From an uncultured Kiritimatiellota bacterium (lineage in GTDB: Bacteria > Verrucomicrobiota > Kiritimatiellia > RFP12 > DVOR01), in assembly GCA_944391055.1 (NCBI GenBank), contig CALXSF010000004.1, positions 97,374 to 161,373 on the forward strand: a stretch of 64,000 nt of DNA, given 5' to 3'. The notes under the pieces were generated by a model. The model made no database searches, was not told the DNA's origin, and saw nothing but the letters and a program-made list of their open reading frames with translations. The first letter of the stretch is position 1, and each line of letters begins with the position of its first letter. The translations under genes were made by a program, and so were the position numbers. Shown in pieces: positions 21,879 to 31,398 of this stretch.

Positions 21879-23171
21879 ATGCAAGCGGTTCATTTGATCG
21901 GCATCGGCGGCGTGGGGATGAGCGCGTTGGCCCAGGCCTTCCTGGACAAAGGGTGGCGCGTGGGCGGCTCTGACCGTCTGCTTGGCGCGGGGACGGAGAC
22001 GCCGACGTTGGCGACGCTCCGCCGGCAGGGCGTCGCGCTCTTCCCGCAGGACGGCAGCGGCGTGGCGCCGGGCATGACCGTGGTCTACTCCACCGCCATC
22101 GAGGCCGACAACCCGGATCTCTCCAAAGCCAAGGCCCTGGGGCTGCGGACGCTCCACCGAAGCGCGGCCTTGGCGGCCTTGGCGCGCGGGCATACGCTCG
22201 TCGCGGTGACGGGCACCTGCGGCAAATCCTCCGTCACCGCGCTCTTGGGCCATCTGCTGGCGGAATGCGGACGCGACCCGTTCGTGGTGAACGGCGCGGA
22301 GGCCATCGGCTGGGAGGCCGGCGGCGCGCGCGTGGGGTCGGTGCGCCCCTCCGCGGACCCGAACGGCCTGATGGTGGCGGAGGCCGACGAGTCCGACCGC
22401 TCACTCATGGCCCTTGACCCCACCCACGTCATCGTCACGAACGTCTTCAGCGACCACTTCCCCAAGGCCGAGGCCGAGGCGCTCTTCCGGGCCTTCGAGG
22501 CCAAGGCCGCCGGGCACGTCGTCGACGCCAGGGACGAGCCGCCCGGCCCCCCGCCACGCGGAACGGGCTGGGAGACGGTCTTTGACTGGCGCGGGCGGAC
22601 ATGGCGGCTCCCGATGCCGGGCGCCCACAACGTGGCCAACGCCAAGGCCGCGCTGGCGATGGCCCTCGCGCTCGGCTGCGAGGAGGGCGCCCTCGGCGCG
22701 GCGCTCGCCACCTTCCGCGGCGTGCGGCGGCGCTTGGAGCGCGTGGGGACGTTGGGCGGCGCGTGCGTGGTGGACGATTACGCGCACAACGTGGAAAAGC
22801 TCGCCGCCGCCTGGGGCACCCTCGCCGCCGCCTTCCCCGCGGGGGTCTTCGGCCTCTGGCGGCCGCACGGCTACGCGCCGCTCCGGAAACTGCTGGACGG
22901 GCTGGCCGCGATGTTCAACGCCGTCGTGCGCCCCTGCGACCGCCTTTTGGTGCCGCCCGTCTACGACGCGGGCGGGACGACCGACCGCTCCGTGAACAGC
23001 GACGCCCTCCTGGCGCGTCTGCGCTGCCCGGCCGAGGGCGTGGCCGACCTCGCGGCGGCGGAGGCGCGGCTCCGCGCGCTGGCGCGCCCCGGCACGGCGC
23101 TTGTCACCTTTGGCGCGCGCGACCCGGGCCTCCCCGCGCTGGCGCGGCGTTTGGCGGGGCTGGCCCAATAA
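21879..23171 (+). CDS. Mur ligase, UDP-N-acetylmuramate--L-alanine ligase family (MurC/Mpl-like)
   Basis: VHLIGIGGVGMSALAQAFLDKGWRVGGSD N-terminus, then GTCGKSS (P-loop) in the central domain. Confidence 0.8.
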   Translation: MQAVHLIGIGGVGMSALAQAFLDKGWRVGGSDRLLGAGTETPTLATLRRQGVALFPQDGSGVAPGMTVVYSTAIEADNPDLSKAKALGLRTLHRSAALAALARGHTLVAVTGTCGKSSVTALLGHLLAECGRDPFVVNGAEAIGWEAGGARVGSVRPSADPNGLMVAEADESDRSLMALDPTHVIVTNVFSDHFPKAEAEALFRAFEAKAAGHVVDARDEPPGPPPRGTGWETVFDWRGRTWRLPMPGAHNVANAKAALAMALALGCEEGALGAALATFRGVRRRLERVGTLGGACVVDDYAHNVEKLAAAWGTLAAAFPAGVFGLWRPHGYAPLRKLLDGLAAMFNAVVRPCDRLLVPPVYDAGGTTDRSVNSDALLARLRCPAEGVADLAAAEARLRALARPGTALVTFGARDPGLPALARRLAGLAQ

Positions 23172-23180
23172 AGGAAAACG

Positions 23181-24257
23181 ATGGCTCACGATTTTCTTCA
23201 CCGCTTCCTTGACATTTGGCTGGACATGGCCCCCTGGCTGCTCGTGGGGTTCGCCGTGGCCTTTCTGTGCTCGTATTGCCTGAGCGAACGCTGGATGCGG
23301 CGCCATCTCGGCGGCTCGGGCTGGCTGCCCATCCTCAAGGCGTCGCTGGTCGGCCTGCCGATGCCGATCTGCTCCTGCGGCGTGTTGGTGGTGGGGCTGG
23401 CGCTGCGCAAAAGCGGCGCGCGCAAGGCGCCTGTCTGCGCCTTCCTGGCCTCGGCCCCGCAGGCGGGCTCTGACGCGCTTTTCCCGAGCTGGGCGATTCT
23501 CGGCCCCGCGCTGACGGTGGCGCGGTTCGTGGGCGCGATGGCCGCCGGCGTCGCCTCCGGCGCGCTGGTGCGCTGGTTCGGCGTGGCCCAGCCCCCGCCC
23601 GACGAGACGCCCGACCTGAAGGCCGACTGCTCCGGCCTCTGCGCGTGCCACCATCACGACCCGGATCATCCGCACCACGACGGCGAGGCCCATCATCATG
23701 AGTTCGCCGACCGCCGCACGCGCTTGCGCGACGCCGCGCGCTACGCGTTCGTGCACCTGCCCGGCGAGCTGGCGGGCTTCCTCGTCGTGGGCGTGGCCGT
23801 GGCGGCGGCCTTGGGCATGGCCATCCCGGAGGATGCGCTCGGCGGGCTCCCCCTGCCGATGGCCTATGTGCTGGCCGTGCTCATCGGCATCCCCACCTAT
23901 GCCTGCTCGCTGGCCATCATCCCGGTGGCGGCGGGCCTCATCGCGGGCGGGCTTTCGCCGGGGGCGGCCTTCGTCTTCATGGCCTGCGCCTCCACCACCC
24001 ATGTGGCCGCGCTGCTGGTGCTGGGGCGGGCGTTCGGCTGGCGGGCGACGGCGGCCTTCGTGCTTGGCGTGGCGCTCACCGCCGTGCTCTTCGGCCTGCT
24101 CATCGACTTCCCCCTCGCCGACCTCATCCGCGTCCCGGGCCTCACCGGCCCCGGCCATGCGCACACGCATGCGCACGCGCTCTGGGCGCTCGCCCCCCTT
24201 GCCCTCCTGCTCGTCAACGGCGCCATCCGCGCGCGCCACCATCGCCACGAAGGCTGA
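23181..24257 (+). CDS. permease, DUF318/ArsP-like family, with a histidine-rich loop
   Basis: Polytopic membrane protein with the PMPICSCGV motif and a loop CACHHHDPDHPHHDGEAHHHEF. Confidence 0.65.
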   Translation: MAHDFLHRFLDIWLDMAPWLLVGFAVAFLCSYCLSERWMRRHLGGSGWLPILKASLVGLPMPICSCGVLVVGLALRKSGARKAPVCAFLASAPQAGSDALFPSWAILGPALTVARFVGAMAAGVASGALVRWFGVAQPPPDETPDLKADCSGLCACHHHDPDHPHHDGEAHHHEFADRRTRLRDAARYAFVHLPGELAGFLVVGVAVAAALGMAIPEDALGGLPLPMAYVLAVLIGIPTYACSLAIIPVAAGLIAGGLSPGAAFVFMACASTTHVAALLVLGRAFGWRATAAFVLGVALTAVLFGLLIDFPLADLIRVPGLTGPGHAHTHAHALWALAPLALLLVNGAIRARHHRHEG

Positions 24258-24261
24258 CCCC

Positions 24262-25407
24262 ATGGAAAAACCCCATCTTTGCGTGGCCGCGGCCATGATC
24301 TTGGATGACGCCGGAGCCGTGCTCTGCGTCAGGCGCGGCGCCTCGCGTTATGCCTCCACCGCCGACAAATGGGAGTTCCCCGGCGGCAAGATCGAGCCCG
24401 GCGAGACCCCCGCCCAAGCCGCCGTGCGCGAGGTGCGCGAGGAATTGGGCCTGGACGTCGCGCCGCTTGCCGAGGCCGCCGTCGTGCGCCACGCGTATCC
24501 CGAGTTCACCATCGCCCTCCATGGCGTCCTCTGCGCCCCCGTGGGCGGCGGGCGGCCGACGCCGGCCCTCCGCGAGCATACCGCCTTTGATTGGTGCCCC
24601 CCGGACGGCCTGTGGCGCCACGACTTCGCGGAGGCGGACACCGCCTTGCTCGTCTCGCTCCGCGAACGTTTCTTCGGCAGTCGGCTGCGCACCAAGACCT
24701 TTGGCCGGAACTGCCGTTTCGTGCAGGAGAGCGCCAGCACCAACACCGACGCCCTCGCGCTCGCCGCGCAGGGCGCCCCGGAAGGCACCCTCGTCGTCGC
24801 CGAGCGCCAAACCGCCGGGCGGGGGCGCCTTGGCCGCGTCTGGGAGGCCGCGCCGGGGCAATGCCTCACCTTTTCCCTCCTGGCCCGCCCCAAAGCCCCG
24901 CCCGAGGTCGCCGCCACGCTTCCGCTCGTGGCGGGGGTCGCCGTGGCCGCGGCGCTCCGGGCCCGCGGGTTCGCGGCGGGCGTCAAGTGGCCGAACGACG
25001 TCCTCCTCGACGATCGCAAAGTCTGCGGCATCCTCTGCGAGGCCCAGACCTCCGCGCGGGGCATCGAAGGCATCGTCGTCGGCATCGGCGTGAACACCGG
25101 TGCCGTCCCCGCGGCGTTGGCCCATCGCGCCATCGGCCTCGGCGGCGTGGATCGGCTTGCGCTCCTGGCGGATCTCTGCGCGGCCTTCGAGACGTTCTAC
25201 GCCCGGTGGTCCGAGGGCGGCCTGCCCGCGCTCCGCGCCGAGCTCGACGCCCTCGACTGCAAACGCGGCCGCGCCATCCGCGTGCGCCCCGCCGGCGGCA
25301 CGATTGACGGCATCGCCCGCGGCATCCGCGACGACGGCGCGCTGCTTTTGGAACAGAACGGCCGCACCGAGGCCATCCTTTGCGGGGAGATCGCACAATG
25401 GGACTGA
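24262..25407 (+). CDS. birA: fusion protein: NUDIX hydrolase (MutT-like) N-terminal domain plus a biotin--[acetyl-CoA-carboxylase] ligase (BirA) catalytic domain
   Basis: NUDIX box GGKIEPGETPAQAAVREVREELG, then BirA motifs QTAGRGRLGRVWEA and KWPNDVLLDDRKVCGIL. No N-terminal HTH. Confidence 0.8.
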   Translation: MEKPHLCVAAAMILDDAGAVLCVRRGASRYASTADKWEFPGGKIEPGETPAQAAVREVREELGLDVAPLAEAAVVRHAYPEFTIALHGVLCAPVGGGRPTPALREHTAFDWCPPDGLWRHDFAEADTALLVSLRERFFGSRLRTKTFGRNCRFVQESASTNTDALALAAQGAPEGTLVVAERQTAGRGRLGRVWEAAPGQCLTFSLLARPKAPPEVAATLPLVAGVAVAAALRARGFAAGVKWPNDVLLDDRKVCGILCEAQTSARGIEGIVVGIGVNTGAVPAALAHRAIGLGGVDRLALLADLCAAFETFYARWSEGGLPALRAELDALDCKRGRAIRVRPAGGTIDGIARGIRDDGALLLEQNGRTEAILCGEIAQWD

Positions 25408-26120
25408 ATCCGCTGCTTCTTGCGGCCCTCGCCGCCGCCCCCCTGGCCGCCAAGGACATCTACGTCTGCGGCCCCACCAACGCCATCCCGCCCCTCACGC
25501 AGGACGTCCGCGCCCTCCACCTCCGCGACGTCGGCGCCGCCCGCGTCTATGCCCTCCACTTCCCGGCCGGGCTTCGCGAGCTCAACCTTTCGTCAAACGC
25601 CCTCCTTGCCCTCCCGGACGGCCTCGTCCCCCAGGGCGTCGCCCGCCTTTGGCTCGCCGACAACCGCCTCACCGCCCTCCCCAAAACCGCCTCCGGCTGG
25701 ACGAACCTAGAGTATCTCAACCTCGACCGGAACCTCCTCGCCGCCCTCCCCGACCTCTCGCGCACCCGCCTCCGCTGGCTCCGCCTCAACGGCAACCGCC
25801 TCACCGCCCTCCCCACCCTCCCCGACACCGTCGAGCGCCTCTACCTCGCCGACAACCGCCTCGCCGCCGTCCCACGGAAACCCGCGGCCCTCCGGCACCT
25901 CACGCTTGCCGGGAACCCCATCACCGCCGTCCCCGACGACCTCGGCGCCGGGCTCGAATGGCTTGACCTCTCCCGCACCCGCCTCACCGCCCTCCCCCGC
26001 GACCTCTCCGCTTGGCGGACCCTCAAGCTCCTCAACCTCGCCGGCTGCCCCCTCCCGGACGCCGAGAAAGACCGCATCGAAGCCGCCTTCGACCCCGACA
26101 AAACCACCATCCTGTTCTAA
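25398..26120 (+). CDS. secreted leucine-rich-repeat protein
   Basis: Signal peptide followed by about 8 tandem LxxLxLxxNxLxxLP repeats. Confidence 0.7.
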   Translation: MGLNPLLLAALAAAPLAAKDIYVCGPTNAIPPLTQDVRALHLRDVGAARVYALHFPAGLRELNLSSNALLALPDGLVPQGVARLWLADNRLTALPKTASGWTNLEYLNLDRNLLAALPDLSRTRLRWLRLNGNRLTALPTLPDTVERLYLADNRLAAVPRKPAALRHLTLAGNPITAVPDDLGAGLEWLDLSRTRLTALPRDLSAWRTLKLLNLAGCPLPDAEKDRIEAAFDPDKTTILF

Positions 26121-26131
26121 GCCTCCCCGCC

Positions 26132-28662
26132 ATGCAAGGCTCCGCCAACCCGCTCATCCAGCTTCTCTATCACTCGGGGCGCCAGTACATCGTTCCGGTC
26201 TATCAGCGCCCCTACAGCTGGTCTGTCAAGCAATGCGCCCAGTTGTTTGACGACCTCGAGGGAATGCTCCGAAACGACCGCTCGTCCCATTTCTTTGGGA
26301 GCGTGGTGTTGAAATACAATCAATGCGGCGACTTCACCGAATGTGTCGTCATCGATGGCCAGCAGCGCCTCACCACGGTCTCCTTGCTTCTCCTGACCCT
26401 CCGCGACCTTCTGCGGCAGGGTGTTTTGTCGTCTCCGCCCGACAAACCACAATTGGCAGATGAGATCACGGAATACACGCTCATCAACAAGTTCCAACCC
26501 CTTGAGAAGACCCCGCGTTTGCGACTTGGCGCCGACGATCAACCCGCGTGGCTGAATCTTCTGGGAATCGGCGGGACGGCCTTGCCAACCTCCCACCTTC
26601 TGGAGAACCGCGACTTTTTCGCCGAGCGGCTGTGCCGTTCCGACTTCTCCCCCGCCCAACTTTACGCGGCCATCGGGAAATTGGAGGTCCTGAGCGTCTC
26701 CCTTGAGAACAAGGACGACCCGCAACTCATCTTCGAGAGCCTCAATGCCACCGGCCTCGCGCTCACCGAAGGCGACAAGGTGCGCAATTACCTGCTCATG
26801 AATCTCTCCCCCGGCGACCAAGAGCGTCTCCACGCCAAATATTGGCGAGCCATCGAACGCCACGCCCAAGAGGCCGTCAGCGAGTTGATCCGTGACTTCC
26901 TGAGCGTCAAATGCCAGCAAACGCCCCGTTTGGATGCCGTCTACGCGACCTTCAAGCAGTATGCCGCCCAATGCGGGCTCTGCCGCGAGGCGCTTCTCAG
27001 GGAACTGGGACGCTACGCAAAATGGTTCGCCCAATTGCGCGATTGCAAGGCGGATGGGTGGGGCCTCGCCTTGCAGGCCCTGCTCAATCGCCTCAACCGG
27101 TTGGATGTCGCCACCCTCCGCCCCTTCGCGTTGGAGGTCCTGCGCCAACATGAGGAGGGGACGCTGTCCCAAGATGACCTCATCGCCATCTTCGCCACCA
27201 TCGAAAGCTACCTCTTCCGCCGCGCCATCTGCGAGGTGCCCACCAACGCACTCAGCAAAATCTTCCTCACCCTCAACGCCGACATCGCCCGTCTGCGTCA
27301 CGGCAACGTGCGTTACGGCGACGTCCTCGCCTACGTCTTGCTCGCCAAAAGCGGCAGCGGCCGCTTCCCCGACGACGCGAGTTCCGCGCGGATCTCGCCA
27401 CCCGCCAGGTCTACAAGATGCGGCCGGCCTACGCCCACCACCTCTTTGAGCGGCTTGAGAACGCCGACTCCAAGGAGACCAAGGACGTCTGCGCTCATCT
27501 CGACAACAAGGACTACTCCATCGAGCACATCATGCCCCAGCACCTCACCCAGGCCTGGCGCGAGGCGCTCGGCCCCAACAGCGAGGAAATCCACGCCACT
27601 TGGCTCCACCGCCTCGCGAACCTTACTCTGACCGCCTACAACCCCAATCTTGGCGACGCGCCCTTCACGAAGAAACGCGACGCCATCCCCGGCGGCTTCA
27701 GCGACAGCGGGCTGCGCCTCAACCAAGCCATCGCCAAGCTTGAACGTTGGGGCGAACCCGAGCTCAAAGCGCGCGAAGAGGCGCTCTGCGCACAGGCGCT
27801 TCGTCTCTGGCCTTTTCCCAAAACCGACTTCCGTCCCCCGGAACGGCAGTGGGCCGCCTGCACCTTGGCCGACACGGGGATCCCTCTCTCCAACCGCAAA
27901 CCTGCGCGCTACGCCTATCACAGCGACCCCATCCCAGTGAAGGACTGGTCCGCCCTCCTCACAGGCGTGCTGCGAGCCCTATTGGATGCCCACCACGAGA
28001 AATTGCACGCCCTTGCCCACCACCAAAACGCTGGGGGCTTCGCATGGTTGGCGCGCGATCCCGACGGCTTTCGCATGCCAGAGAAATTGGACGAGGGACT
28101 CTTCGTCGAAAAGCATGGCAGCACAGAACAGCGCCTCCGCAACCTCCGCGCACTCTTCGCCTACCTTGGCGAAGAACCCGGCGACCTCGTCATCTACCTG
28201 CAAAACGGCGACGCCGCCAAACACAAACCGAACACGCTCAGCGCCGTTTGCCGCGACTACTGGGCGTTTGCCCTCCCCACCCTGCAAGAACAATGCCCTT
28301 GGCTCAAAAACCGCACACCGCCCCTCAACGACCATTTCATAACGCGACTTCCTGGCGCCCGCGGTTACGAACCCCATTATGTCGTGACCAATTCCGCCGC
28401 CCGCGTCGCCCTCTGTATCTGGCTGAAAACCACGGAAGAGAACAAGGCCGCCTTCGACCGCCTCTTTGCCCAGCGACAGGCGATTGAGGCGGACTTCGGC
28501 GCACAGCTTCATTGGGTGCGCAACGACACGGGACGCAGCAGTTGGGTGGAATACGCCCTCCCCAATGTCAGTGTCCGCAACCATGCCGATTGGCCGCGCA
28601 TCCTCGACTTCCACAAAACCCACGGCCTGCGCCTTTGGGACGCCGTGCGCCACCATCGCTGA
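26132..28662 (+). pseudogene. GmrSD-family type IV restriction endonuclease (DUF262 ParB-like NTPase domain plus DUF1524 His-Me finger nuclease domain) interrupted by a -1 frameshift near 27378
   Basis: Frame A carries YIVPVYQRPYSW...IDGQQRLTT (DUF262) and runs through ...GRFPDD. Homology then continues in the +1-shifted frame as EFRADLATRQVYKMRPAYAHHLFERL...EHIMPQ...HRLANLTL (DUF1524). The two frames overlap by a single base at 27379. Confidence 0.8.
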
Positions 28663-28961
28663 CCCGGCGCCCCTGACTGCCAGACAACCGCCAAAAAACG
28701 GCTGGAAAGATACGCGCCCCGCCAAAACGTTCCCCGACGGCAAAGGGGAGGGCTTGCGGCGTGTCTTGGGGGGAGATGCGGCGGGGTCGGGGGTGAGATG
28801 CGGCGCGATCCAAGAAACGAGGCCCGTAATCTCGTTCCCCCACCCCGCGTGCAGGGCAAGGGCTCGGATCGGACGACACGAAACGGCACCCGCCCCCTCC
28901 GCAACGGAGCGGGCCACCTCGAAGATGGGGTCAGGCCAGGCGGCCCGTCATGCGCGAGGCC

Positions 28962-29141
28962 TCATCCCAACGCCGCGCGGAGCCAGTCGCGGGATTGGGC
29001 GCGCGCGGCCTCCAAGGCCGCCGTGTCGTAGCCGATCGCCGCCCCGGCCTCAAAGCCCGCCAACGCCCCCCGCAGCGCCCACGCCTGCAGCACCCCGCCG
29101 TAATTCAGCTGCGAATGAAACGTCAATATCCCAATCCTCAT
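28962..29141 (-). pseudogene. gene fragment: N-terminal ~59 aa of a polysaccharide pyruvyl-transferase-like protein
   Basis: MRIGILTFHSQLNYGGVLQAWALRGAL matches the pyruvyl-transferase N-terminus, but the ORF stops after 59 aa. Confidence 0.35.
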
Positions 29142-29347
29142 GCGCGCTCCTTCCCGAATCCGCCGACCCTCGCGGCCCACTTGCCTGGCCTAGAGCAAAG
29201 GCCCCTTTTTTCTAGGCCACGAAACAAGGCGAAAACGACGCATAAGTATAGCAAACACGGTTCGTGGAATGGCCTAGAAAAAGGCCGCTTTGTCAGGGAT
29301 GGTTGCGTTTGGGGGAGGGATGTGTTATTGTTAGGGCACCTTTTCAA

Positions 29348-29702
29348 GGGGGTGACCAGGTTTCGACAGGGTATGTCCGGGCCTCGGTTGCGTGCCGGGG
29401 ATGATCGTTGGCCCCGTAAAACATCGATCAAAACCTAACTGCGAACGATAACTTCGCTTACGCGGCCTAACTTTAACGGCCCGTCGCCGAAACGCCGATG
29501 TCTGCTGAGCGTGGAAGCGTCGACTAGCAGGCCCTGTCGCGAACCGAACCCTCGGGGACGCGCGCTTGTACCAACATGAGGGTGTGCGTCCGTCCAAGCC
29601 CGTCGGTCGGCCTGTCGGACGCGAGACAATAGGCCGGATACGCACGTAGACATCGTGGTGAGGCTATCTTGGACGGGGGTTCGACTCCCCCCACCTCCAC
29701 CA
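29348..29702 (+). ncRNA. ssrA: tmRNA (SsrA)
   Basis: 5' GGGGGUGACCAGGUUUCGACAGGG. Tag ORF gcg aac gat aac ttc gct tac gcg gcc taa, giving ANDNFAYAA, at 29451-29480. 3' GGACGGGGGUUCGACUCCCCCCACCUCCACCA, which is a T-arm, an acceptor stem complementary to the 5' end, and CCA. Confidence 0.9.
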
Positions 29703-29704
29703 TC

Positions 29705-29740
29705 TGGGCCATAAGCCGATGAGGCTTATGGCTTTTTGTT
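29705..29740 (+). terminator. rho-independent terminator after ssrA
   Basis: GCCATAAGCCgatgaGGCTTATGGC followed by TTTTTGTTTT. Confidence 0.7.
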
Positions 29741-29836
29741 TTGCGGAGGGATCGCTCTCCCTTCGCGGGGGCGAGGACGGGTGGGGCCGACACGCGCAGG
29801 GAGGCCCGAAAAGCGTGTGCGGGGACGGGGGGATTG

Positions 29837-29845
29837 TGTTATAGT
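29837..29845 (+). promoter_or_regulatory. extended -10 box TGtTATAGT 9 nt upstream of ATG 29855
   Basis: Direct read. Confidence 0.4.
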
Positions 29846-29854
29846 GGGTGGGTT

Positions 29855-30358
29855 ATGGACAGCGATTGCGAACGGACGAACCGCGCGTTGGCGGGCAGGC
29901 TCATCGAGGCGTGCCGGCTGGCGGGGGTGCGTTTGGCGACGGCGGAGTCGTGCACGGGCGGCCTGATCGGGGCGGCGCTGACGGCGACGCCGGGGGCGAG
30001 CACGGTCTATGAGGGGGGCGTGGTGTGCTATCAGAACCGGGTGAAAGCGGCGTTGCTGGGCGTCTCGCAGGGGACGTTGGCGCGCGTGGGGGCGGTGAGC
30101 GCGGAGTGCGCGCGGGAGATGGCGCTGGGGGCGCGGCGGGCGCTGGGGGCGGATCTGGCGGTGGCGGTGACGGGCATCGCGGGGCCGGGGGGGGCGACGC
30201 CGGGCAAGCCGGTGGGGTTGGTCTACGTGGCGGCGGCGTGGGGGGACGGCCGGGTGACGGCGACGGAGAACCATTTCGCGGGGGACCGGGACGCGGTGCG
30301 CGCCCAGACGGTCCGCCGGGCATTGGATTTGGCACTGGAGTGCCTTGAGAGAAAGTGA
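29855..30358 (+). CDS. CinA-type C-terminal domain protein (nicotinamide-nucleotide amidohydrolase PncC-like)
   Basis: LATAESCTGGLIGAALTATPGAS...VAVTGIAGP are typical CinA_C motifs. Confidence 0.8.
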   Translation: MDSDCERTNRALAGRLIEACRLAGVRLATAESCTGGLIGAALTATPGASTVYEGGVVCYQNRVKAALLGVSQGTLARVGAVSAECAREMALGARRALGADLAVAVTGIAGPGGATPGKPVGLVYVAAAWGDGRVTATENHFAGDRDAVRAQTVRRALDLALECLERK

Positions 30359-30365
30359 GAGAGCC

Positions 30366-31388
30366 ATGACTGAGATTGATTGGTCGAGCCTGGGTTTCGC
30401 CTATCTGCCGACGCGGAGCCACATCCGTTACCATTGGAAGGACGGCGCGTGGGACGGCGGGAGGCTGGTTTACGAGGACACGATCACCATGTCCATCGCG
30501 GCGGGGTGCCTGCATTACGGGCAGGAGGCCTTCGAGGGTCTCAAGGTCTTCCGTCAGAAGGACGGGCGGGTCGTCGCCTTCCGTCCGCAGATGAACGCGG
30601 AGCGGATGCAGCGCACGGCGGTGCGCACGGTGATGCCGCCGGTGCCGACGGAGATGTTCCTGGACGCGCTGGACCGGGTGGTGAGGGACAACCTCGACTA
30701 CGTGCCGCCCTACGGCACGGGGTGCTCGCTCTATGTGCGGCCGCTGCTGATCGGCTCTGGGGCGCAGATTGGCGTGGCCTCGGCGCATGAGTTCGACTTC
30801 CTGATGATGGTGATGCCGATGGGCGATTACTACAAGGGCGGGATCAAGCCGGTGCGGGCGATCGTCTTCGACGAGTATGACCGCGCGGCGCCCTTGGGCA
30901 TGGGCGACGTGAAGGTGGGCGGCAACTACGCCGCCAGCCTCTACGCCCACGAGAAGGCCCACGCGATGGGCTTCCCCGTGGAGCTCTACCTGGACAGCAA
31001 GACGCACACGAACGTGGAGGAGTTCGCCACCTCCAACTTCCTGGGCTTCAAGAAGGACGGCACGTACGTGACGGTGAAGTCGCGCTCGGTGCTGCCCTCG
31101 GTGACGAACCAGTCGCTCCAGCAGCTGGCGCGGGACATGGGCCACGCGGTGGAAGTGCGCACGGTGCCCTACGAGGAGCTGCGCGAGTTCGCCGAAATCG
31201 CCGCCTGCGGCACGGCCGTGGTGGTCACGCCCGTCTATGAGATCGTCCGCGGCGACGACGTCATCCGCGTGGGCTCGCCGGAGGTGTGCGGGCCGAACCT
31301 GCTGAAGCTGCACAACGCCGTCCAGGACATCCAGTTCGGCCGCGCGCCCGACCCCTACGGTTGGTGCCGCGAGATCGCGACCAAGTGA
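30366..31388 (+). CDS. ilvE: branched-chain amino acid aminotransferase
   Basis: Class IV PLP aminotransferase; GQEAFEGLKVFR... Confidence 0.9.
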   Translation: MTEIDWSSLGFAYLPTRSHIRYHWKDGAWDGGRLVYEDTITMSIAAGCLHYGQEAFEGLKVFRQKDGRVVAFRPQMNAERMQRTAVRTVMPPVPTEMFLDALDRVVRDNLDYVPPYGTGCSLYVRPLLIGSGAQIGVASAHEFDFLMMVMPMGDYYKGGIKPVRAIVFDEYDRAAPLGMGDVKVGGNYAASLYAHEKAHAMGFPVELYLDSKTHTNVEEFATSNFLGFKKDGTYVTVKSRSVLPSVTNQSLQQLARDMGHAVEVRTVPYEELREFAEIAACGTAVVVTPVYEIVRGDDVIRVGSPEVCGPNLLKLHNAVQDIQFGRAPDPYGWCREIATK

Positions 31389-31398
31389 GGAGCGCCGC

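Noticed and set aside
28663-28960. Plus-strand ORFs 28466-29215 and 28798-29031 in the GmrSD-to-ssrA spacer
   Set aside because: No start or RBS context; the Arg/Pro-rich translations look like a GC-driven open frame rather than a gene.
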